DNA of 64,000 nucleotides from Escherichia coli. Its GTDB lineage: Bacteria > Pseudomonadota > Gammaproteobacteria > Enterobacterales > Enterobacteriaceae. Positions 1 to 15,399 of the stretch are shown here, in pieces. Below the pieces are notes generated by a model that saw nothing but the letters and a program-made list of their open reading frames with translations, made no database searches and was not told where the DNA came from. The DNA is taken from assembly GCF_041248615.1 (NCBI RefSeq), contig NZ_CP158426.1. One strand, 5' to 3'. Numbering within the stretch: the first letter of the stretch is position 1; the number at the start of each line of letters is the position of its first letter. The position numbers were made by a program, and so were the translations under genes.

Positions 1-1473
1 GTGGCAGGAAATAAGCGTTATCCCGGCGTCGTTGCGTTGGATAACGTTAACTTCACGCTCAATAAAGGCGAAGTTCGTGCGCTGTTAGGCAAAAACGGCG
101 CGGGCAAATCGACCCTCATTCGAATGCTTACCGGTAGCGAACGTCCGGATAGCGGTGATATCTGGATTGGCGAGACGCGACTGGAAGGTGACGAAGCTAC
201 GTTGACTCGCCGTGCCGCTGAACTGGGGGTTCGTGCGGTTTATCAGGAGTTAAGTCTGGTGGAGGGACTGACTGTGGCGGAAAACCTCTGCCTCGGTCAG
301 TGGCCCCGCCGCAACGGCATGATTGATTACCTGCAAATGGCGCAGGATGCCCAACGTTGCTTACAGGCGCTGGGCGTTGACGTTAGCCCTGAACAACTTG
401 TTTCAACGCTAAGCCCGGCACAAAAGCAGCTGGTGGAAATTGCGCGGGTGATGAAGGGCGAGCCGCGCGTGGTCATTCTTGATGAACCTACCAGTTCGCT
501 TGCCAGTGCGGAAGTTGAACTGGTGATCAGCGCGGTGAAAAAGATGTCGGCACTGGGCGTGGCGGTGATTTATGTCAGCCACCGGATGGAAGAAATCCGC
601 CGCATTGCCTCCTGTGCCACCGTTATGCGCGATGGTCAGGTGGCGGGCGATGTGATGCTCGAAAACACCTCCACGCATCATATTGTGTCGCTAATGCTCG
701 GGCGCGATCACGTTGATATTGCGCCGGTTTCCCCTCAGGAAATTGTCGATCAGGCCGTGCTGGAAGTCCGTGCGTTACGCCATAAGCCCAAGCTGGAGGA
801 TATCAGCTTTACGCTCCGTCGTGGCGAAGTACTCGGCATTGCTGGCCTGCTGGGGGCAGGGCGCAGTGAATTGTTGAAAGCCATAGTTGGGCTGGAGACG
901 TATGAACAGGGCGAAATTGTTATCAACGGCGAGAAAATCACGCGCCCCGATTACGGCGACATGCTGAAACGCGGCATTGGCTATACGCCAGAAAACCGCA
1001 AAGAAGCGGGGATCATTCCCTGGCTGGGCGTTGACGAAAATACAGTGCTGACCAATCGGCAAAAAATCAGCGCCAACGGTGTGCTGCAATGGTCCACCAT
1101 CCGCCGCCTGACCGAAGAGGTGATGCAGCGGATGACGGTCAAGGCCGCCAGTAGCGAAACGCCCATCGGCACGCTTTCTGGCGGCAATCAGCAAAAAGTG
1201 GTGATCGGTCGTTGGGTCTATGCCGCCAGCCAGATTTTGTTGCTCGACGAGCCAACGCGTGGCGTCGATATCGAAGCCAAACAGCAGATTTACCGTATTG
1301 TCCGCGAGCTGGCTGCCGAAGGAAAAAGCGTGGTGTTTATCTCCAGTGAAGTGGAGGAGTTGCCGCTGGTGTGTGACCGCATCCTGTTATTACAGCACGG
1401 TACGTTCTCGCAGGAGTTTCACTCGCCGGTCAATGTGGATGAGCTGATGTCCGCCATTCTGTCTGTGCACTGA
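1..1473 (+). CDS. yphE: Sugar-type ABC transporter ATP-binding protein with tandem ABC domains; 5' end lies outside the window
   Basis: ORF open to the window edge. Two Walker A motifs (GKNGAGKST, GLLGAGRSEL) and ABC signature LSGGNQQKV. Followed by permease and dehydrogenase genes as in the E. coli yph cluster. Confidence 0.85.
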   Translation: MAGNKRYPGVVALDNVNFTLNKGEVRALLGKNGAGKSTLIRMLTGSERPDSGDIWIGETRLEGDEATLTRRAAELGVRAVYQELSLVEGLTVAENLCLGQWPRRNGMIDYLQMAQDAQRCLQALGVDVSPEQLVSTLSPAQKQLVEIARVMKGEPRVVILDEPTSSLASAEVELVISAVKKMSALGVAVIYVSHRMEEIRRIASCATVMRDGQVAGDVMLENTSTHHIVSLMLGRDHVDIAPVSPQEIVDQAVLEVRALRHKPKLEDISFTLRRGEVLGIAGLLGAGRSELLKAIVGLETYEQGEIVINGEKITRPDYGDMLKRGIGYTPENRKEAGIIPWLGVDENTVLTNRQKISANGVLQWSTIRRLTEEVMQRMTVKAASSETPIGTLSGGNQQKVVIGRWVYAASQILLLDEPTRGVDIEAKQQIYRIVRELAAEGKSVVFISSEVEELPLVCDRILLLQHGTFSQEFHSPVNVDELMSAILSVH

Positions 1474-1497
1474 TGAATTTTACCGAGGAACCTGAAG

Positions 1498-2496
1498 ATG
1501 TCTGCTTCGTCATTACCATTGCCGCAGGGCAAGAGCGTCTCGCTCAAACAATTTGTCAGTCGCCATATTAATGAGATCGGTTTGCTGGTGGTGATCGCCA
1601 TTCTTTATCTGGTCTTTTCTCTGAACGCGCCGGGTTTTATCTCATTGAATAACCAGATGAACGTGCTGCGCGATGCCGCCACCATTGGGATTGCCGCCTG
1701 GGCGATGACGCTGATTATTATCTCCGGTGAAATTGATGTCAGCGTTGGGCCGATGGTGGCTTTTGTCTCGGTGTGCCTGGCATTTTTGCTGCAATTTGAA
1801 GTTCCGTTGGCGATTGCTTGTCTGCTGGTGTTGCTGTTAGGCGCGCTGATGGGAACGCTCGCCGGGGTGCTGCGCGGCGTGTTTAACGTGCCAAGTTTCG
1901 TGGCCACGCTGGGGCTGTGGAGCGCCCTGCGCGGAATGGGGCTGTTTATGACGAACGCCTTGCCAGTGCCGATTGACGAAAACGAAGTGCTGGACTGGCT
2001 GGGGGGACAATTTCTCGGTGTGCCGGTATCCGCGCTGATCATGATGGTGTTATTTGCGCTGTTTGTGTTCATTAGCCGCAAAACCGCCTTCGGGCGCTCG
2101 GTTTTTGCTGTTGGCGGTAATGCCACTGCAGCACAGTTGTGCGGTATTAACGTTCGTCGGGTACGCATTCTTATTTTTACCCTTTCGGGATTATTAGCAG
2201 CGGTGACCGGCATTTTGTTGGCGGCGCGCCTCGGTTCCGGTAACGCAGGTGCCGCAAACGGTCTGGAGTTTGACGTCATCGCCGCGGTCGTGGTTGGCGG
2301 TACGGCGCTTTCCGGTGGTCGCGGTTCCCTGTTTGGTACATTGCTTGGTGTGTTGGTGATTACGCTAATCGGTAACGGTCTGGTGCTGCTCGGGATTAAC
2401 TCCTTTTTCCAGCAGGTGGTGCGCGGCGTCATCATCGTGGTGGCGGTGCTGGCGAATATCTTGCTGACCCAGCGTAGCAGTAAAGCGAAACGCTAA
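1498..2496 (+). CDS. yphD: ABC transporter permease (ribose/sugar family)
   Basis: 332-aa strongly hydrophobic multi-helix ORF directly after the ATPase gene, with an RBS-spaced ATG. Confidence 0.85.
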   Translation: MSASSLPLPQGKSVSLKQFVSRHINEIGLLVVIAILYLVFSLNAPGFISLNNQMNVLRDAATIGIAAWAMTLIIISGEIDVSVGPMVAFVSVCLAFLLQFEVPLAIACLLVLLLGALMGTLAGVLRGVFNVPSFVATLGLWSALRGMGLFMTNALPVPIDENEVLDWLGGQFLGVPVSALIMMVLFALFVFISRKTAFGRSVFAVGGNATAAQLCGINVRRVRILIFTLSGLLAAVTGILLAARLGSGNAGAANGLEFDVIAAVVVGGTALSGGRGSLFGTLLGVLVITLIGNGLVLLGINSFFQQVVRGVIIVVAVLANILLTQRSSKAKR

Positions 2497-2561
2497 ACCT
2501 TAACGCCCCTGGCGCGGGTGCGGCAGGGATGAAAATTAATCGTATTGTTAATGAGGGATTT

Positions 2562-3623
2562 ATGAAAACGATGCTGGCAGCTTATTTACCAGGAAATTCG
2601 ACCGTCGATCTGCGGGAAGTTGCGGTGCCGACGCCGGGGATTAACCAGGTACTGATCAAAATGAAATCCTCCGGGATTTGCGGAAGTGATGTCCACTATA
2701 TCTATCATCAACACCGTGCCACGGCAGCGGCACCCGATAAACCGTTATACCAGGGATTTATCAACGGTCATGAACCGTGCGGGCAGATTGTGGCGATGGG
2801 GCAAGGCTGCCGCCATTTTAAAGAGGGCGACCGCGTGCTGGTGTATCACATTTCTGGCTGTGGTTTTTGCCCGAACTGCCGCCGCGGCTTTCCTATCTCT
2901 TGTACTGGCAAAGGAAAAGCGGCTTACGGCTGGCAGCGTGACGGCGGCCATGCTGAATACCTGCTGGCGGAAGAAAAAGATCTGATCCTGCTGCCGGACG
3001 CGCTGAGCTATGAAGATGGTGCGTTTATCAGTTGCGGCGTTGGTACAGCGTATGAAGGGATTTTGCGCGGCGAAGTTTCCGGTAGCGATAACGTGCTGGT
3101 GGTCGGTCTGGGGCCGGTCGGCATGATGGCGATGATGCTGGCGAAAGGTCGCGGTGCAAAAAGGATCATCGGCGTTGATATGCTGCCGGAACGTCTGGCG
3201 ATGGCGAAACAGTTAGGGGTGATGGATCACGGCTATTTAGCAACCACCGAAGGTCTGCCGCAGATTATCGCCGAACTCACCCACGGTGGCGCGGATGTTG
3301 CGCTCGATTGTTCCGGTAATGCCGCAGGTCGCTTACTGGCGTTGCAATCCACTGCTGACTGGGGACGGGTGGTTTACATCGGGGAAACCGGAAAAGTGGA
3401 GTTCGAGGTTAGCGCCGATCTGATGCACCATCAACGGCGGATTATTGGCTCCTGGGTGACCAGTCTATTCCATATGGAAAAATGCGCCCACGATTTAACG
3501 GACTGGAAACTGTGGCCGCGTAATGCCATTACCCATCGCTTCTCACTGGAACAGGCAGGAGATGCCTATGCGCTGATGGCGAGCGGTAAATGCGGGAAAG
3601 TTGTGATTAACTTCCCGGATTAA
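2562..3623 (+). CDS. yphC: Zn-dependent alcohol/sorbitol dehydrogenase family oxidoreductase
   Basis: GHEPCG zinc motif, Cys cluster CGFCPNCRRG and Rossmann motif VGLGPVG. ATG at 2562 gives 353 aa; the tracked ORF starts 11 codons upstream. Confidence 0.8.
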   Translation: MKTMLAAYLPGNSTVDLREVAVPTPGINQVLIKMKSSGICGSDVHYIYHQHRATAAAPDKPLYQGFINGHEPCGQIVAMGQGCRHFKEGDRVLVYHISGCGFCPNCRRGFPISCTGKGKAAYGWQRDGGHAEYLLAEEKDLILLPDALSYEDGAFISCGVGTAYEGILRGEVSGSDNVLVVGLGPVGMMAMMLAKGRGAKRIIGVDMLPERLAMAKQLGVMDHGYLATTEGLPQIIAELTHGGADVALDCSGNAAGRLLALQSTADWGRVVYIGETGKVEFEVSADLMHHQRRIIGSWVTSLFHMEKCAHDLTDWKLWPRNAITHRFSLEQAGDAYALMASGKCGKVVINFPD

Positions 3624-3634
3624 GGAGTCAGCGG

Positions 3635-4507
3635 ATGACCATCTATACCTTATCTCACGGGCCGCTAAAGCTGGACGTTTCTGACCGGGGCGGCGTCATC
3701 GAAGGCTTCTGGCGTGACGCGACGCCGCTCTTACGTCCCGGTAAAAAAAGCGGTGTGGCAACCGATGCCTCTTGTTTTCCGCTGGTGCCGTTTGCAAACC
3801 GGGTGAGCGGCAATCGTTTTGTCTGGCAGGGGCGTGAGTATCAACTGCAACCGAATGTTGAGTGGGATGCGCACTATCTGCACGGCGACGGCTGACTGGG
3901 GCAGTGGCAATGTGTCTCGCGCAGCGAAGATAGCTTGTGTCTGGTGTATGAACATCGCAGCGGTGTTTATCACTATCGGGTAAGTCAGGCGTTTCATTTA
4001 ACGGCAGATACGCTGACGGTGACGCTCTCTGTCACCAATCAAGGGGCAGAGACGCTGCCATTTGGTACCGGCTGGCATCCTTATTTTCCGTTGTCACCAC
4101 AAACGCGGATTCAGGCGCAGGCGAGCGGTTACTGGCTGGAGCGGGAGCAGTGGCTGGCGGGTGAGTTTTGCGAGCAGCTACCGCAAGAGCTGGATTTCAA
4201 CCAGCTCGCGCCGTTGCCACACCAGTGGGTGAACAATGGCTTTGCCGGATGGAATGGTCAGGCCCGCATCGAGCAGCCGCAGGAGGGTTATGCCATCATC
4301 ATGGAAACGACGCCACCTGCACCATGTTATTCCATCTTTGTTTCCGACCCGGCGTTTGATAAAGGATATGCGTTTGATTTCTTCTGTCTGGAACCGATGA
4401 GCCATGCGCCGGATGACCATCATCGCCCGGAAGGGGGTGATCTCATTGCGCTTGCACCAGGGGAATCAACAACTTCAGAGGTGTCGTTGCGGGTTGCGTT
4501 ACTGTAA
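3635..4507 (+). pseudogene. yphB: Aldose 1-epimerase family gene interrupted by an in-frame TGA at 3893-3895
   Basis: ORFs 3635-3895 and 3935-4507 are in the same frame, separated only by the stop TGA. The flanking peptide reads HYLHGDG*LGQWQC where an intact homologue would have Trp (TGG to TGA). Confidence 0.7.
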
Positions 4508-5057
4508 TTTATAAAATGCCGGATAAGGCGTTCTGAACTGCACCCCAAATGTTGGACATAATCTGACATCTGAAGGTGCAGTTTATGAAACATTCATTTG
4601 AAGTAAAACTTGCCGCTGTAAATCATTACCTGGCTGGTCATGCAGGCATCATTTCTACGGCAAAACTCTTTCAACTTTCTCACACCAGCCTCTCACACTG
4701 GATTAATCTTTTTCTTCTTCACGGTCCTCGGGCACTGGATTGCAGACACAAGCGTAGCTATTCTCCTGAAGATAAACTTTGCGTGGTTCTTTATGCTCTC
4801 GGGCATTCTGAGTCTCTACCCCGGGTAGCTGCCCGGTTTAACATTCCCAGCCACAACACGGTTAAAAACTGGATAAAAGGCTACCGCAAATCTGGTAATG
4901 AGGCCTTTATCAGGCGCAGGAAGGAGAAAAGCATGACCCGTTCTGATGATACCCATGAAAACGAGGCAAACATGACGCCGGAAGAGATGAAGAATGAGCT
5001 GCGTTATCTTCGCGCAGAAAATGCATATCTGAAAGCCATGCAGGAGCATCTCCTGGA

Positions 5058-5965
<908 letters not shown>

Positions 5966-5990
5966 GTTCACGCCGCATCCGGCATCTTTC

Positions 5991-6413
5991 CTAACGCCGA
6001 TCGAGAGAAATTGCCCCCGGCCCGGTAATTGCCAACAGCAGGAATGCGCCAGCGATACTGACATTTTTCCAGAAATTAATCATATTTGGCCCAACCGCAT
6101 CGCCGGTCATATCCCAGTAATGGTGACCAATTACCGCTGTACCCAGCGTGTAGAAAATAAACAGCACCGCCAGCGGACGGGTGAAAAAGCCAAGCACGAT
6201 TAATATCGCGGCGGGCACTTCCATAACTACCGCAATAATCGCTGCCAGCATCGGCATTGGCGCGCCCAGCGAGGCCATATATTGGACCGTACCGTCAAAA
6301 CCCATCATTTTGGGAAAACCAAAAATAATGAAAATTAAGACCACGGCGATACGGGCAATTAATAACAAAACGGGGCGTGCAGCTCCAAAATCAAAATAAC
6401 GTAGTGTGTTCAT
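5991..6413 (-). CDS. yphA: DoxX-family inner membrane protein
   Basis: 140-aa hydrophobic protein starting [15 protein letters not shown]. Start is the ATG at 6413, inside the longer tracked ORF. Confidence 0.8.
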
Positions 6414-6509
6414 AACCAATCCCTTTGCAAGATAATGTGATTTAAACGTAATACACACTCTTGCACCTCGCCACGCCCCAGGCATTGAGATATTCGCTAA
6501 TTATCCTGG

Positions 6510-7721
<1,212 letters not shown>

Positions 7722-8534
7722 TTAAAGATCCAGCCCAGCCGCTACGTGGCGAATGCCGCGAATCGCTAAACCCGCATCAGCGTTGATCATCACACCGCTT
7801 AATGCGCGATTATTGCGCCGCGATGCCAACATCACATACGGACCCGTAAAATCCGCCGGTTGCGGGAAAAATTGCAGCGGTAAAATGGCGGCAATTTTCT
7901 CCGGCGTCAGAGACTGCATTATCGAGGTTTCACTTTGCCCGAGCGCCTGTGGGCCGCGCAGGTCGCTGGCCATACCACACGGGCCGACGCCATTCACCCG
8001 CACTTTCGGTGCCAGTTCATAAGCCAGTTGGCGAATAAGTCCGGTTGCGGCATGTTTACTGGCGGTGTACAGCGGGCCTCCGCCGCCGGGATACCAGGCG
8101 GCATTTGACAGTGTGAAAATCATGCTGCCTTCACTGGCGATTAACGCCGGAGCGCAGGCTTTTGCGCCCAGCAGGTAACCGAGTACGTTGACGTTAAACA
8201 GCTCGTGGAAGCCAGTTTCGAGCGTCTCTGCGGGAGTATTAACCAGTGAGGCATTGTGATCCCAGATGCCCGCATTGCCGATAAAACAATCCAGCTTGCC
8301 AGAACGAGTCAGGATCTGATTAACCGCGCGTTGATAATCGGCATAACAGGTCACGTTACCTTCCACCGCCAGAATATGTTCGCCAAATCGCTGACGCAGA
8401 CTGGCGACTTTAGCCGCCGACAGTTCCAGCGTGGCAACCTGCGCGCCTTCTTCGATAAATCGCTCGACCAGCGCCAGCCCTAATCCCGATCCGCCGCCGG
8501 TAATAAAGATGGACTCGTTATGCAGATCGCTCAT
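7722..8534 (-). CDS. hcaB: 2,3-dihydroxy-2,3-dihydrophenylpropionate dehydrogenase (short-chain dehydrogenase)
   Basis: 270 aa with SDR motif ITGGGSGLG and catalytic YTASK. Operon position. Confidence 0.9.
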   Translation of the reverse strand: MSDLHNESIFITGGGSGLGLALVERFIEEGAQVATLELSAAKVASLRQRFGEHILAVEGNVTCYADYQRAVNQILTRSGKLDCFIGNAGIWDHNASLVNTPAETLETGFHELFNVNVLGYLLGAKACAPALIASEGSMIFTLSNAAWYPGGGGPLYTASKHAATGLIRQLAYELAPKVRVNGVGPCGMASDLRGPQALGQSETSIMQSLTPEKIAAILPLQFFPQPADFTGPYVMLASRRNNRALSGVMINADAGLAIRGIRHVAAGLDL

Positions 8535-8850
8535 GGCTGCGCCTCCGGTAAGTCGATGAAGATGTCACCACCATCAACGTGTACTGGATAAGTGGTGAGC
8601 GGATCGGTGGCGGGCAGGCATAACGCTTTCCCCGTTTTCAGGCAAAAACTGGCGGCGTGCAGCGGGCACTCCACCGTGGCGTCATCTTCCAGATACCCTT
8701 CTGACATCGACGCATTACCATGGCTGCAACGATCGTTAATGGCATAAAACTCGCCGCCTACGTTGAACAGGGCGATGACGGGCGAGGTATCGATCCGGAG
8801 AGCCTCACCCTCCGGCACATCCGCAACGGGACACGCATAAATTCGATTCA

Positions 8851-8851
<1 letters not shown>
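8531..8851 (-). CDS. hcaC: Rieske-type ferredoxin of 3-phenylpropionate dioxygenase
   Basis: 106 aa with Rieske motifs CSHG and CPLH. Confidence 0.9.
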
Positions 8852-10862
<2,011 letters not shown>

Positions 10863-11753
10863 ATGGAACTACGACATTTACGCTATTTCGTCGCAGTGGC
10901 GCAGGCACTGAACTTTACCCGTGCGGCGGAAAAACTGCATACCTCACAGCCTTCGTTAAGCAGCCAGATCCGCGATCTTGAAAACTGTATCGGTGTTCCG
11001 TTGCTGGTGAGGGATAAGCGCAAAGTCGCGTTGACGGCGGCGGGAGAATGTTTTCTCCAGGACGCGCTGGCAATCCTCGAACAAGCGGAAAATGCCAAAT
11101 TACGGGCGCGGAAAATTGTTCAGGAAGACAGACAATTAACCATTGGCTTTGTGCCATCGGCGGAAGTGAATTTACTGCCAAAAGTATTACCGATGTTTCG
11201 TCTCAGACAGCCAGACACCTTGATTGAGCTGGTGAGTTTAATCACCACGGAACAGGAAGAAAAAATTCGCCGTGGTGAACTCGACGTCGGCTTAATGCGC
11301 CATCCTGTTTATAGCCCGGAGATTGATTATCTGGAGCTTTTTGACGAACCATTAGTGGTGGTGTTACCGGTTGATCACCCTTTAGCACATGAAAAAGAGA
11401 TCACTGCCGCGCAACTGGATGGCGTGAATTTCGTCAGTACTGATCCAGCGTATTCCGGTTCGCTTGCGCCGATCGTTAAAGCGTGGTTTGCGCAAGAAAA
11501 CAGCCAGCCAAATATCGTCCAGGTGGCAACGAATATTCTGGTGACCATGAATCTGGTGGGGATGGGGCTGGGCGTCACTTTGATACCCGGTTATATGAAT
11601 AATTTTAATACCGGCCAGGTGGTATTTCGACCCATTGCCGGAAATGTGCCTTCCATTGCTTTACTGATGGCGTGGAAGAAAGGGGAGATGAAGCCGGCAT
11701 TACGCGATTTCATCGCCATTGTGCAGGAACGTTTGGCAAGCGTAACGGCATAA
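10863..11753 (+). CDS. hcaR: LysR-family transcriptional activator of the hca operon
   Basis: Starts MELRHLRYFVAVAQALNFTRAAEKLHTSQPSLS (LysR helix-turn-helix). ATG at 10863 gives 296 aa. Confidence 0.85.
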   Translation: MELRHLRYFVAVAQALNFTRAAEKLHTSQPSLSSQIRDLENCIGVPLLVRDKRKVALTAAGECFLQDALAILEQAENAKLRARKIVQEDRQLTIGFVPSAEVNLLPKVLPMFRLRQPDTLIELVSLITTEQEEKIRRGELDVGLMRHPVYSPEIDYLELFDEPLVVVLPVDHPLAHEKEITAAQLDGVNFVSTDPAYSGSLAPIVKAWFAQENSQPNIVQVATNILVTMNLVGMGLGVTLIPGYMNNFNTGQVVFRPIAGNVPSIALLMAWKKGEMKPALRDFIAIVQERLASVTA

Positions 11754-11912
11754 TTACGCATTATTTTTGCAACATGCGTCGCGGCTCGCAGTTTTTTAGT
11801 GCTTGTGAACTGGCGTTACAGACATCGGGAAGCAGGCTCGAATATTCTTATCTTTCAACTTGCACCAACATTCGATTAACCCCAGACTAACGCCTCCTGA
11901 CGGGAGGGACTC

Positions 11913-13052
11913 ATGGTTTTGCAATCCACGCGCTGGTTGGCGCTCGGCTATTTCACATACTTTTTTAGTTACGGCATTTTTCTACCTTTCTGGAGCGTTT
12001 GGCTTAAGGGGATTGGCTTAACGCCAGAAACCATCGGCCTGTTATTGGGGGCAGGTCTGGTTGCCCGTTTTCTCGGGAGTTTGCTCATCGCGCCCCGCGT
12101 CAGCGATCCTTCTCGCCTGATTTCCGCCTTGCGCGTGCTGGCACTGCTGACACTTCTCTTTGCAGTCGCCTTCTGGGCGGGGGCGCACGTAGCGTGGCTG
12201 ATGCTGGTGATGATTGGCTTTAACCTCTTTTTCTCACCGCTGGTACCGTTGACCGATGCACTGGCGAATACGTGGCAAAAGCAGTTCCCGCTTGATTACG
12301 GCAAAGTGCGATTGTGGGGCTCGGTGGCGTTTGTCATTGGCTCGGCGCTGACGGGTAAACTGGTCACTATGTTTGATTATCGGGTGATCCTCGCGCTGTT
12401 GACGTTGGGCGTGGCATCCATGCTGCTCGGCTTTCTCATCCGTCCGACGATTCAGCCACAAGGGGCAAGCCGCCAGCAGGAGAGCACCGGTTGGTCTGCG
12501 TGGTTGGCGCTGGTTCGCCAGAACTGGCGCTTTCTGGCCTGCGTTTGTTTATTGCAGGGGGCGCATGCGGCCTATTACGGTTTTAGCGCCATTTACTGGC
12601 AGGCTGCTGGCTACTCGGCCTCGGCGGTGGGCTATTTGTGGTCGCTGGGCGTGGTGGCGGAAGTCATTATCTTTGCGCTGAGTAATAAACTTTTCCGCCG
12701 TTGTAGTGCACGCGATATGCTGTTGATCTCGGCGATTTGCGGCGTAGTGCGCTGGGGCATTATGGGAGCAACTACGGCGTTGCCGTGGTTGATAGTGGTG
12801 CAAATTCTGCATTGTGGCACCTTCACGGTCTGCCACCTGGCCGCCATGCGCTATATTGCCGCTCGCCAGGGTAGCGAAGTCATCCGTTTACAGGCGGTTT
12901 ACTCTGCCGTCGCGATGGGCGGCAGTATCGCGATCATGACCGTTTTCGCCGGTTTCCTGTATCAATATCTGGGGCACGGCGTGTTCTGGGTGATGGCGCT
13001 GGTGGCGCTTCCGGCAATGTTTTTGCGCCCGAAAGTTGTTCCCTCATGCTGA
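11913..13052 (+). CDS. hcaT: MFS transporter, putative 3-phenylpropionate uptake
   Basis: 379-aa protein with about 12 hydrophobic helices, downstream of hcaR. Confidence 0.85.
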   Translation: MVLQSTRWLALGYFTYFFSYGIFLPFWSVWLKGIGLTPETIGLLLGAGLVARFLGSLLIAPRVSDPSRLISALRVLALLTLLFAVAFWAGAHVAWLMLVMIGFNLFFSPLVPLTDALANTWQKQFPLDYGKVRLWGSVAFVIGSALTGKLVTMFDYRVILALLTLGVASMLLGFLIRPTIQPQGASRQQESTGWSAWLALVRQNWRFLACVCLLQGAHAAYYGFSAIYWQAAGYSASAVGYLWSLGVVAEVIIFALSNKLFRRCSARDMLLISAICGVVRWGIMGATTALPWLIVVQILHCGTFTVCHLAAMRYIAARQGSEVIRLQAVYSAVAMGGSIAIMTVFAGFLYQYLGHGVFWVMALVALPAMFLRPKVVPSC

Positions 13053-14324
13053 TTCGAGCATTTTGCGGATTTGCTCCTGTTGATGTGTTGTCAGCGTCAG
13101 GTCCGTATAGATCAGCGGTGGTGAAAAGAGCGGTAACGGCATGGTATAAGGAGCAATAATCAGTGCCGCGCCGCGCGGAGCGCCTGTCTGCAAAAATACC
13201 TTTACCGACATATGTTTAATGTTGAGCGGCAGTAACGTTAGTTCGCGTAGCTGCTGCTCAATCTGCGCTTCTCGCTCGCTATCATTCCCGGTCAGTAGAA
13301 TAATCTGTTTCTCATGCAGGTCGTTTTCCTGCATTAGCCAGGCACCGAAAATCACCGCGACCAGACCGCTTTCCTCATCAGAAAGATGGACGCCGTATTC
13401 ACTTTCAAATCCGGCCAGCGCCGCGCGGGTGGTGCGCACCAGGCGTGGATACAGGCGGGCGAACTCTTCCGGCAGGGTGTTATCAATACCGATGGCAAAC
13501 AAGCTGCGATTTAACGCCTGGGCGAGGTGGGTATAAAGCTGATCGCACAACCCCTGTTCATCATAAAAACGAACATTTCCCAGCTCACGAAAATGGTTTA
13601 CCAGACGTTTGATAGACTGACGCAGTTGTCTGTCCCGCTGATGCGCATCCCGCAGTGGATCGGGAACCCGCAACATGGAAAAAAGTAATGCCATGAACAG
13701 TGGCTCATCAGGCGGTACAGGCTGGAGTGCCCGACGCTGCCAGTGGCGTCCAATTTCCTGCGCTACCTGAAATTCAAGGCAGGATTCCGCCCAGCGACGT
13801 TGGAGCGGATTAAACTGAGGCGTAATTCCAGCGTGGTGTTGCAGCAAACAATATTGCAGATACAGACACAGGAAATGAATATCGCGCGTTTCAAAGCGTT
13901 TTTGCAGCCGTCGGGAGCAGAGATTCACTAACGCTTGTAGATTGGTATCGTCGTAAAAGTTACGCGCAATTCCGCGCCGCTTCAGTTCACTCTTCAGGGC
14001 GGGGGTGAAATGGCTGGTAATAAATGACGGACAGAGACGGAAACCACGTCGTAGCCAGTGAAATAAACACAAACGTTGGTTAAGCACTGTACCTTCAACC
14101 CGGTAGCTACCGTCATAACCAGTAGTCAGTGTGAGTTGATGATAGCGCAGGATCTCCCGTCCTGTTTCGCTGATATCAAGACTGGCAATATCATCATCCA
14201 CACCATTAAGCTCGCTGAAAGTTGCCGTGGTGGCGGTCAACCCCGGCTGAAAGAGTGTCAGCAAGATCTGGCAGCGGCGCTGGGGAGCCGAAAGGACAGA
14301 TGGTGGAGCAAGCGTAGGCATCAT
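13044..14324 (-). CDS. csiE: Stationary-phase inducible protein CsiE (PRD-domain regulator-like)
   Basis: About 426 aa from MMPTLAPPS. Convergent with hcaT and overlapping it by 9 bp at the 3' ends. Confidence 0.8.
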   Translation of the reverse strand: MMPTLAPPSVLSAPQRRCQILLTLFQPGLTATTATFSELNGVDDDIASLDISETGREILRYHQLTLTTGYDGSYRVEGTVLNQRLCLFHWLRRGFRLCPSFITSHFTPALKSELKRRGIARNFYDDTNLQALVNLCSRRLQKRFETRDIHFLCLYLQYCLLQHHAGITPQFNPLQRRWAESCLEFQVAQEIGRHWQRRALQPVPPDEPLFMALLFSMLRVPDPLRDAHQRDRQLRQSIKRLVNHFRELGNVRFYDEQGLCDQLYTHLAQALNRSLFAIGIDNTLPEEFARLYPRLVRTTRAALAGFESEYGVHLSDEESGLVAVIFGAWLMQENDLHEKQIILLTGNDSEREAQIEQQLRELTLLPLNIKHMSVKVFLQTGAPRGAALIIAPYTMPLPLFSPPLIYTDLTLTTHQQEQIRKMLESA

Positions 14325-14514
14325 CTGTAGATCTCCCATAAGCATAATTGATAAGAATAGCTAAAGTTTGCTCAGGGAAATGGCGAAGGGAATGCTAATG
14401 ATCAGAAATGTTGGCAAGCGTCACAGAATTTTTCTCATCTTAAACTGTTCTGACCAGTGGATTAGCATGTCTTAAGGTGGTTTTGTGAATGATTATCGTG
14501 CTAGCGATCATGGG

Positions 14515-15399
14515 TTAGTTCTGCGGATTCAACGCGCTAAGGATAAAATCCACCATCTGTTCGCGATAAACATCGCCGTGACGATCGGAAAAAGCATCAA
14601 TGTGTTCGCCATCCGGGATTAGGATCAACCGTTTTGGCTCTTTTGCCAGGCTATACAACTTTTCGCTGTGCTGCCATGGGATAACGTGATCAGCTTTACC
14701 GTGAATGAGTAAAAGCGGGATCGGGCTGACGCTGGCGATGTAATTTTCGCCGCTGTAACTCTCATCAAGTAAGTAGCCACTGCCGGGGATCATCTGGTTG
14801 GCGATGGTCGCATAAGAGGCAAATGTGGAGTCGAGGATCACCGCACGTATGCCTTCACGATCACCCTGACCAATAACATCCAGAATATTCGCCCCGCCAA
14901 TACTCTGCCCGAACAGCACCAGCCGTTGTGGGTTTACATCACTGCGATGGCGCACCACATTGATGGCACTTTGCGTATCGTCCAGCAATCCGGCCTGGGA
15001 CGGCGTGCCTTTTGATTTACCAAACCCGCGATAATCAAACATAAAAACGTTGAAATTACGCTCGGGTAACCAACTGACCAGCGGCCAGTGGGCGGACATA
15101 TTTCCGGCATTGCCGTGAGCATGAATAATGGTGGCAATGGCATTTTCAGCGGGGCCAGTTGCAGAAGGGATAAACCAACCATGTAGGCGAGTGCCATCTT
15201 TAGCGGTGAATTCTACTGATTCGGCTGACCAGGGATCGGGGCCGTAGATTTTGTCGTCAGGGTAATAGAAAAATTGATGGCGATGCGCGGTATTAAATAA
15301 ATGCAGAAGGCAACAACAAAGAGAATAAACAGAATTTTGAGAACGCGTTTGTTCACTGGCAGCGCCATAACCTTTCCTTGCGACTTCTTTATCATCCAT
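14515..15399 (-). CDS. yfhR: Alpha/beta hydrolase (S9 peptidase-like), N-terminus uncertain
   Basis: Hydrolase motifs GQSIGG (nucleophile elbow) and HGNAGN. Start codon is ambiguous; an alternative frame over 15213-15395 encodes a TM-like peptide. Confidence 0.7.
   Translation of the reverse strand: MDDKEVARKGYGAASEQTRSQNSVYSLCCCLLHLFNTAHRHQFFYYPDDKIYGPDPWSAESVEFTAKDGTRLHGWFIPSATGPAENAIATIIHAHGNAGNMSAHWPLVSWLPERNFNVFMFDYRGFGKSKGTPSQAGLLDDTQSAINVVRHRSDVNPQRLVLFGQSIGGANILDVIGQGDREGIRAVILDSTFASYATIANQMIPGSGYLLDESYSGENYIASVSPIPLLLIHGKADHVIPWQHSEKLYSLAKEPKRLILIPDGEHIDAFSDRHGDVYREQMVDFILSALNPQN

Noticed and set aside
13044..13052. Convergent 9-bp overlap of the hcaT and csiE 3' ends
   Set aside because: Short convergent overlaps are common in compact enterobacterial genomes; it is not evidence of anything unusual.
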